A stretch of DNA of 64,000 nt from Trichinella spiralis (lineage: Eukaryota): the NCBI RefSeq assembly GCF_000181795.1, contig NW_003526941.1:892618-956617 (forward strand), in the 5' to 3' direction. The notes beneath the pieces were generated by a model. The model was not told where the DNA came from and did no database searches. It worked only from the letters and a program-made list of their open reading frames with translations. Of the stretch, positions 54,269 to 64,000 are shown in pieces. Within the stretch, counting starts at the first letter, position 1. Each line of letters starts with the position of its first letter. A program made the position numbers and the translations under genes.

Positions 54269-57200
54269 TAACCACCAACAAACAAACAACAGCTTATTAA
54301 AGTTTAGCAGCTAAAATCGTCACTGGATTATTAATAAAGAGAAATTCATTTTCCAAATAAATAATTCTATCTGAATAATAAAAGATAAACGGAGATTAAG
54401 CTGCTTCGGGAATCGAAGCAGTAATTACGACAATTTTCATATGCCGCCGCAAGGAAAAGGCTTTTTCATTCTACACACACGCTATTCACAACACTGCAAC
54501 TAATGGTATACATGTATGTATATATGCACTCTTTCTTATCTATTTTTCTGAAGCTGTCATCACAGGCAGTCTCACTGTAGAATCAATTTAATTTAGAAAG
54601 CGAAACCTACAGAATAAAAATCAAAAACTGAAGATATTTGCAATTCAATGTAAGATAATATTACTTTTACGAGAAAATAAATCTGTGCAGCATAAAAGAA
54701 GCGGTGGGAACCAAAGAAATCAAAGTTTAACTCATCAACAAAAAAGCATGCCGATATAGTTAACAAAATGTAAAATTAGTATTCAAAAAGAGAAATACAA
54801 TTATAAAGTATAAAAAATAGCAAAGATAAAAGAGCAAATTAAAATCAAGGTGAACACCAACCAGCTGGCTAGCAGTTAAGCACCGGCTGGCACAAAAAGC
54901 AATTCAAGGTCGACCGTTAAATGTAAATTTCACTGAAAACAGTTTCATATTAAAGTAAAAAATACCAACCAGTTTTATTGCATTAATTCCTACTGCAAAC
55001 ACAATCTTTTGTTGCTGTGCACAACTGCTGCTTGTCCCAGATTAAAAAAATTCCAAACCATTCATTCAACTGAGCAATGTTGTGGTGCTCTTCTGGCTGG
55101 AGGCTAACCGACCAACCACTAACTAGCCATAATATTACACGATTGATTGTTTTATTTCAAATTAAATTCTTCATCCCACGATCAACGACAACTTTCTTCA
55201 TCAAAATTTTAAAATAATCATCGATTGAAAAATTCCATATTTCGTGGAAAGAAAAGGAATAAAATTAATAAAATTTTGACCGAATTTCACCAACAACTTG
55301 CCCACAGAACACACTTAATTGTCAATAACTTTTCCTAAATTGGCCATAAAATAAATAAAACGCGCTAGTTAAGCTGGTTCAGAAAAATAAACAAATACGA
55401 AAGCATAACATAAAAATGGAAAGAATTTTATTCGATCATTATATTATTCAATTTCAAACACGTAATCAAATAAAAAATTCCCCTATTCCCAAATGTTAAA
55501 CACTGCATGCTGCAATGTATTCTAGTAGTAATAATTTTCAATTTTATCATTATTTCTTTTCACATTATCAGGTCACTATAATTATAATTATAATTATAAT
55601 ACTGCCATCAAGAAATAACTAATAAATATTAAATAGAGCAAATGTTCAATAAATATGGACAAAAAGTCTCAAAAGCAAATACAGTGAGTGAGTGAGTACA
55701 CGCACCTTTATGGTATGATACGATGAATACTTTTATCACGAAGCATTTACAAGAAAGTGCTTGTTTTTATACAGCAAAATAACCGTAAAACACAAATACT
55801 TGACAAACAATGTCAACAACACAGATACCGTAAACAAAGTACAATTGTGCACCACCACCGCGTGCTAAGCTGGGATATTCCTATTAAGACTGATCAAAAC
55901 GGTCATCAATATGAAAAATACATGGAATTTTAAATCGATATGCAAAATTATTGCACACTTCCCTAGAGATTATGTAAGTCAATCACATTCAAAATCTGCT
56001 CCATGCACCTGTCCAGATCGGAGAATGGCATATTGACAAGAAGCAATTGATCATCATCGCAAGCAATCATACTGATTCCAAAGTTTAAATATGTCTAAGC
56101 GAATAAATAGCAATTTATTGTTCAGCAAAGCAAAACCCTGTCTGTATATCGAAAATCAACAACCATCATTTACCCACACACACACACATGTATATATATA
56201 GACATATATAGACAATGCGTCAAAAATAACCACAGCAATTGAACAATAACCAATATGAGCTTCTTGGATGTCTAATAAAACTAGTAATTAAATTCTACCA
56301 TCAGTGAAGCTTTCATTAATGAAATTTTTCGAGAAGAATGAGTGAAAATGACAAGAAAATTTTGAAAAAGCAACACTAAATACATGAACATACATACGCA
56401 AACTTGAACATATGCATAACACAAATGTACGTAACATAAACATATGAACAAAAACAAACATGCACGCACACATTTTTCACTCATTCCTTACTCACATACA
56501 TTTTGGGCCGCAGATTGTTGATTGATGATAATCAGGGTGAAAAATATTCGTTCAAAATTACTTCAGTACAGCTCGTTAATTGAAATTCAAGTTTTCGCAG
56601 AAATCAATTTGATTTAGATGAAAACCATATATATATATATATATATATAAATTTTAAAACATGGGTGGATCTCAAATGAGAAAAATAAAACAAGACAACA
56701 CAGCCCTCACTTTGTTCCATTTCACCATGCTCACGATCTTCACACAGCTAGAGGGGGAAAATTTTTCATTTTAAAACCAGAAAAACAAAACCCTCAAAAT
56801 AGCCCTTTTGATAAAAACAAAAACAATTGAAAAAAATTACAAGTAGCCATATTCTGAGAAAATACACTTTTTTTCATGAGGAATATGATAAAGAAGAACA
56901 TTTAATAGTTTTGAAGTTGAAAAAGAATAAGAATCGTAGAAAATTTTACAACACGTTCCCCTTGAGCAAAGTTATTCACACACATACACAAATCTTATAT
57001 GCAGCTTTCAAATTAGAAGATTACAACATATAACCGAATAGGGCGTATAACGTTACGAGCCCAGAGATGGATGGCCATCATGAAATTGAATCGATATCAA
57101 TTTAATAGGCGGCACAGTTTTCAGAACTAGCAACAACGTGAAGCAGTCATGCAAATAATAACAAATATTAATCACGTGTTGTCAACTGTAAGCATTCATT

Positions 57201-60200
57201 TACATTTGTCCTTTGCAACCTTTCCATACATCCATCCATTTATGTAATGCTATTTTCAGTACAGTCATTAGTAATTGAAAATTGTGCTGCTGCTCTGCAA
57301 TAAGTGCAGTATCGATTAAGAATCAAAAAGAAACAAGTGGAAGCACACCATATGCTAGCTAGCTGGTCGAATTGAAAGATAACAATTCATATTTTGCAGA
57401 ACATACAGAAAAATGTGAGACAACAACAAATACAACATGAAATTTGGAAAAAATATAAATGTCAAAATTCTCCTTTCAAATACTTGGACCGACAAAGAGG
57501 GAAGAGAATAGAAAATAAAGATAAAAGAAATGTTTGATTCCTTGCTTGCTTGCTTGCTTGCTTATTAAAATAATGTTCTCTCTTTCGTTTCCAATTTTCT
57601 TTCAATTACACATTCAGCTCGAATTTTAAAATAGCATTGAATTAATTTCTTTCACGCAATAATGATAAAAATTGACAAACCCATCACTTTCTGTCATAAT
57701 TATGTAAACTTCTTGAAATTGAAGATCATATTTAATAAAAATTTTCCCCAATATGGAAACTGATAAATTATGCTAATTTCAATAAGAAACCTATTCTCTC
57801 AAGCATCTCTACATACAGTCCGTTTGTTCACAGCATTATCAAATATTGAAGTGGAGCAAAAGATAAGATAAGATAACATAATATATAATTGAGTGAAAAA
57901 TTATAGAAAATAATATGTTTTGGAATAGAAATAGAAATGTTGTAGAACTACAGTAAACAAAATACCGAACATATTTTTCAGGCAAATGAGTGAGTGAGTG
58001 AGTGAGTGTATTTTTGAGTGTTTGTCAAATGCTGAAGAAGGAAAAACGTAAAGAAAAAGCAGCAGCACAAGAAGCGTAAGCGTTCGGTTGTTGTTAGCTT
58101 TTTCCAACAGAGCTAACCAGATGCCTGTTTTGCATGGAAGATAAACATCGGCGTCAGAATTGGCTTGAAGTGGCTTGAACATCAACAAAACTTGACAAAG
58201 CATCAAACGGCGAACAATTCGTTGTAAAACTGCCCCTGAATAATAATAAATAATTCTCTTCCATATTCGAAAAGTGGCCAGTTTCACAAGGGTGTGCGAA
58301 AGTGATAATTGCAAATGAAAAATTTCCATCGACACCAATCTGGTCGACCAACTGCACTGGCACAACTGTACTGCTATTATTTTGCCCAGAGGACAATATA
58401 TTCTTTGAAGTGAAGTACATTCGCACGGTCCGTTTTATACAAAAGTAGCCGGCAATGTTGAACCATAAGCCGCTTAAGTCGTCAATGCGCAAAACAATTG
58501 CAAAAGAAAATGCACATCGTCAAACTGTCAGCAGCTGTCAGTGTTGATCGTGCACTGATGATTACGATAATGACCAAAAGCAGAAATGAAGCACAGCATT
58601 TATCACAGTGAACATTTATTAACATTTTCAGTTCACAAAATTATTTTCCACAACACTACACCGATGCAGTTGGACTTGTACAATCGAATCTAGCCTCCCA
58701 GTTTTCAACGACGACAATGCTGTTATTGAAGCTCCTTTTTTTGTAAGTAATGTGCTGTTTGTTAATTAGCTGACTGAGCTCATACAGTATCATTTGGTAA
58801 TTAAACACACTGGTACATAATGATAAATAAGTAAACCACCACCACCACCACCACCACCACCACAAACTGAGTTTCCTTCAGTATAATATTCCGTAGTTGC
58901 GTTGCGATGTTGCTAATTGATAAATGACAACGGAGTTACTGCATCAATTAGTCAGTCTGCTGGGCTGTTGCATTTATTTAAAGATTGAAAAGTAGATTTA
59001 ACCTTAGATTTTGGCGGCGAATTGTTTCCCAAGGGGATATGTGTATATATAGCACATGCCTATTCCGAGTGTAAAAAATCAACAAAGCTATGATGGCAAA
59101 TGTGTGCAAAATTGAACAACAATAACAATCTATGCTGCTTGCTGAGAAAGATGCAAAATGAAATTTGTAATTGATTTGATAAACAAAAAAAAAATATATA
59201 TATATACAATCATCTGCAAAAGTAAATCGATACAAATTGTGCAGCTGTTGCATTTTTCACGTTCACATTATAAATCAAGTACAGTAAGCAAAACTGCCTG
59301 AAAATCTTCGTCCACAAATCAATCAATTTTAATTGCATTTGTTCAATTGAACAACAGAACATCGTTTACAAAAATACTTTAAAAAGTAATATTAATATTT
59401 AAATAAATACAAACAAACAACTAGAATAGGATGAATATACGCTACAAAATTAAGTACTTTTCTTATTATTAAATCAATGTGATTCAAATAATCTCTCCCC
59501 CTCTCCGCCCAGAAAACTGTCATCAATGTTGATTCACTATTTCAAATTATTATGGACAGTTGTTAATTACAACCCAAGCTGCATTTTCTCACTAATCGCA
59601 GTAAGTGTTGAAATATATTGGTTTTATATTTTTAAAATTATGAAACTGCTAGTTAAAAAGAAGAAAAAAATAATAATAAACGCGTAAGAAAAGCATCAGA
59701 ATGAAGAACATTTTGAATTGAGAAATGTATATTCCATGATGAATCATCATCATCATCATCATCAGTTGATCATTTGACGATAGAATGGCTTATTCGCCAA
59801 AGTGTTTCGACAGCAGCAGCAGAACGAAAATTAAATGAAACGCATGAGCGAAAAAAAAACCGTCCGTCCGAGTGGATATTATTGCATCGAAGTTTATCCA
59901 GTTGATATGGCCAGCAACAACAAGCCAGTCGAAGCAGGTAAAAATTGGCATCAGAATTAACGGTCGATACTGTTGCTGCTCAGCTGGAAAAGATCCGGCT
60001 GATGGATCTTAGCAGTGCCAATTATGTCCACACATTGAAATGAATATTTCAAATGGATCAAATCGAAATGGCACGTCACACGTCAGTGTAAATATTTGCA
60101 TGCATATCTTCACCTGAGCCTGAGGCTGCTCGGCAAAAGCAGCACGCAAACACACGCGCGTAAATTGCACATCAAAATGTGAACAACAACCATCATAGAA

Positions 60201-61800
60201 ACCAAACAATCAATGGTTCCCCTATTAAATTGAAGCTTCATTTTCAATTCAAATTTCATCTCATTTCCTTTAGATTGATGATTCTGCATTGCGCTGTGGT
60301 GTGGCACTACACACTCTGTTCGCTGGAGCGTAAAGTTGAATATCAAGATTCATCATCGTGTAATAAAAACGTAATCGGCAGCAAGCAGTTGTCACTAGTT
60401 GTTGTTCAGTGAATATTTGTGAATAGCCAGCCGTCACATGAATTCCGTGCTTTTTCCCTTCGCAAACTTGAAAGCCAAGTATCGATGTTATTTAATAAAA
60501 TTAAGACAAAAAAAAAACCAAAATGCTCAAATCAAAAGACGAGATAATTCTCTGATCATAATTAATGATCAAAAGAAAGATGAAAAAATTTTGCAACATA
60601 AAAGTAAAAAAAACGAAAAAAAAACTTGAAAAAGCCCATTCTGTTCGAATCACTGATGCAGAGAAAAAAGTACAAATTGCCTGCTGGCAACATTTTGTTC
60701 AACCTGACTGTGTCGTTGCTGCATCCCTCAGAAAAAAAGCAAAAAATAAAAATAGAAAAAATCTACAACCCAACACAACTTTGAGCAAAATGACGTGCTA
60801 TCGAATAATCTTTTTACGAAAAACTTATTCTACAGAGCAGATGTTAAAACTGGTGAATTTCCCTTTCACTCTAGTCAAATTGAACTTCTCTGATTCAATC
60901 AACGCACAACCAACATGTACAGATTGAAGATAATGCATGCAAAAATGACATATATACGCAGCATATTGTAGCGAAAAGTAATAAAGCAAAATGATACTTA
61001 CTTACTGGTGAAATAAATTATTTTGCATAATTGGGTGGTAATTTGATTGGCCAACTTTTCTCACCGCAACTTCGGTCGTTGTTAAGTTGAGTTGAGCACA
61101 CCACAAGTTGAGCAGCAGCACTACAACAAAAACCAAACTGACTTCAAAGCTGTATGTAATAAGCGATAAAACACTCTCTCTACCAGAATTATTACTATTC
61201 TCATACAGAACACATTCGAGTGAATAACTGATACATAATTAATCAATTATAAAAGTCAAAATATAAAACAGCTTATAATTATTAAAATTGAATAAAGCAA
61301 AAAAAATTATTCCTCTGCTTTGTCATTATTTGACAGTGTTGCAAAATGTTTCCGTTTGCATTCATTGCTCATCTATTGCAACTTTGGACTAGGGCAAAAT
61401 GCAACGTAAGAGAAAAGAAGTTTTGCAATTTTCACAACATTAAATGCATTCTTTTCTTTCATAATGACACTTGCATTGAAATGGAATCGTAAAAGTTTTT
61501 CAAATTGAAATAGAAATAAAGCAACACTATAAATTAAATCCGAGAAATATTGTTCTCTTCACGCCTCAGCGTTCGTTGACTGACTGACGGTCAAGAAGCT
61601 GATCATCATTGCTTTCACCATCAGCATTCAAATTCAGCGTAAAAAACAAAACCCAACAAATTCCCCTCGCTCAACCTCAATTAAAATGCTAATGATGATG
61701 TTGTTGTTGTTGTTGTTGTCAAAGCTTTGAATAGCGTAGTGATAAAAGTTGTTTGTAAAATTGTAAACGGAAAAATGAATGACCACTACTCTCTGTTCAG

Positions 61801-63696
61801 GATGTTGGTGAGCATGAGTCGAGTGCAGAATATGCACGGTCGATTGGCAGATTCTTCGAAGAGCAGAAGTCAGCAATTTGTACCTTGCACCCGGATTTCA
61901 GCCCATGTTGGACAACTGTTACGTGAACATTTGGACCAAGGTCGTTTGGAGTTCGTCACGTCGGTTCAATTGCGTCTAGCGCTTGGAGAGACGGCCTGTT
62001 TCCGTGTACATGTACGTGACGACCACCGGACGGCGATCGACCACAACTCCACTGAATTGAGCCGACAAAATTCGACCAAAGTCATCCTGTCGACTGTTTA
62101 CGCTGTGGAATATTTAAATTTGGTCCACGTGCATCCGATTCGGCAGCAGTATCTGTTCGCCGTGCCGACCATCAACTCGGTTTGCGTGTGCGATTGCGCC
62201 GGCGGCGAGGATCACTGTCGTCCTGGTCACCAGTACAACAACTGCACTGCGGATACGTTGTGCGTGACCAGTTATCACGCCCATCAAAAGCCGGTCGGAT
62301 GTCCGTCTGGTGCGGAGGCGGATCTGTGCTGTCAGATATCCGTGAAACCGTACCGAAATTGGATATTCAGAGCTTTGTACATTGGTCAGCCGACCACCGT
62401 GGCCAAGTTCGCTTACAGACGATACTCGATCAACAACAACAATGATCAAACTTGGACCCTTGAAGTGGAACAACATTTGACGGTAAGCTGCCAAATGACA
62501 AGTGTCTGACTCAGTCGTTCAATTTAGAAGTAAATTAACTAACTATATGCTAATTTAAAAAGAAAATTTTTTTTCAGGTGACCCTAAACGAGCAGTCTGA
62601 TTTCAACATCGCCACCGACAGTTTGCATTTCAGTTTGAACGGCGGCTTGCCGCATTGGCAACTGAAAGAAGGAATGTACTTTCATCGTCAACTTCAAGCT
62701 CCGCAACAAAATGCGAATGAAAAGCAACGAGCTAATGACGACGACGACGACAAGCTACACGTTGGCGTTCCCTTGAACGAACCTGACGAGTGGGATCCGA
62801 ACAAATTGGGATGGCTGCGATTGGAAAATGGTCACTGGATAGCGCATCATGGTCATCTGCAATTGCCGACTTTGCAGCACGTACAAGTGGACGATTGTAA
62901 ACGGCAAATTTACACGGTCGACTACAACGCCAGACACTCGGGCGGTGTTGGTCAGCCAAATTTTGGTACTTCTGTCCAAGAAAACGAACCTTGGATCCGA
63001 AGAGTACGTTCCCAATTGAACAGTGTAGAAATCGAGCACCGCCGTTCGCCGACAGTAGATGTGCAAGTTCAGATCAACGGAACACAGTTCGCGAACGTGT
63101 CCGTTTCGCACAGGGATTCGGTGCTTTCGGATTTTGAGGCTAGTATTGTTGTCGACTCAACCAACAATCGTTACTTGAATCTGACCCTGCACAACGCCCG
63201 CGGCATGTTGCTGGGCACCGTCTACACGGACGAAAGCAGCCAGACTGCCGAACTGGCGTTCAGCCTGCGAGCAACTGAGCAAAGTGACAATTCTGGCACC
63301 GTGCATACAGTTCGTCTCGCACTGCCCCCGGAGGTGAACGGAACTCGTCGGGTTTGCTTGGAGGTGAACCCCGAAACGAGCGTGTGCCGTACAGCGAACT
63401 ATGTCGTTCAACCGACGCTGAAACAGCCTGCTCTGGCGATGGCCAGCTGGGCCGTAAAACAAGGAGAATGTGAAAATTGCAACCAAATCACGCTGCAAAG
63501 TATCGGCAAATATCTGAATCCGTTGCAATGGTTCGACGGAATCGGAGACGTGTCCGAAATGATTGCCGTAGCCATCGAGTCACTGTTTTCCATATTGGTC
63601 ATTTTGGTGTTGCTTTGTCTCTGTCGCAGATTTGCTTGGCCAATACTGCGTCTGGCGATCCATCCAGTTGGCAAAAGCAAATCATCTGGCATCTGA
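61801..63696 (+). CDS. aff-1: EFF-1/AFF-1 (FF, fusexin) family cell-cell fusogen, closer to AFF-1 by eye; exons 61801-62482 and 62578-63696, signal-peptide exon unresolved
   Basis: Motifs ETACFR, HPIRQQYLFAVP, SVCVCDC, CVTSYH..Q.P.GC, LCCQISVKPY, QPTT, NEPDEWDPNKLGWLR, CENCN and YLNPLQWFDGI. The spliced ectodomain has 16 Cys, followed by one C-terminal TM and a short basic tail. The ACG|GTAAGC and TTTCAG|GTG junction is phase 0. Confidence 0.9.
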
Positions 63697-64000
63697 TTTG
63701 AAAAAGCTTCAAACAACAGCCACACCCCCACACACCCTGCTTGTTGTATCCAGCACCACCAGTGTCCCGGCAAAGGGAAATCAGTGGGACTGACACCGTT
63801 GTTGCTTTGTGTGTTTTTTGTGCTTCGATTAGAAATTAATGGAAGTGACAAAAAAAAATTAAAATTCATCTGCTCATTCAATGAATCTATTCATTCCGAC
63901 TTGAAAAATCTGCATTTGAAAAATTCACTAAAAACCCTGTGCATTTTCATCACAAAGCTTCTTGTTCCGCTTCAGTAGAACAAATGAAAAGATGAAATTT

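Noticed and set aside
61801..63696. Endogenous viral or BEL/Pao retroelement envelope gene
   Set aside because: It has a spliceosomal intron and the cellular FF cysteine pattern, and there are no LTR, gag or pol sequences nearby.
1..64000. tRNA, rRNA and well-known conserved miRNA genes
   Set aside because: GTTCGA-like hits (~17916, 46518, 53445, 60643) lack cloverleaf context, and I saw no mature conserved miRNA match by eye. A tRNAscan/Infernal run is needed to exclude them formally.

Overview
AT-rich eukaryotic (nematode) genomic DNA with short GT-AG introns and TTTCAG-type acceptors. The gene content and sequence style point to a clade I nematode such as Trichinella, which is inference only. 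The first ~13 kb has no intact gene: it is layered repeats (a palindromic ~200-230 bp satellite flanked by oppositely oriented GGT(A/G)AGT-rich arms, a ~621 bp higher-order repeat of exon/intron-like subunits, an older diverged duplication with ~3.3 kb offset, and a 1.44 kb tandem array). The rest carries GTF3C5 (TFIIIC63), a 4-TM LAPTM-like protein, an intronless SLC46-family MFS transporter, a GH13 alpha-glucosidase with an intact catalytic triad, an MFSD4-family transporter, a LIN-1/ELK ETS transcription factor and an EFF-1/AFF-1 (fusexin) cell-cell fusogen. It also has a two-exon secreted prepropeptide-like gene that the ORF track only partly shows, plus unresolved hypothetical exons. Best leads: the candidate neuropeptide precursor (25720-26233), the fusogen, and the maltase-MFSD4 tandem pair. 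Exon boundaries were read by eye and need RNA-seq confirmation.
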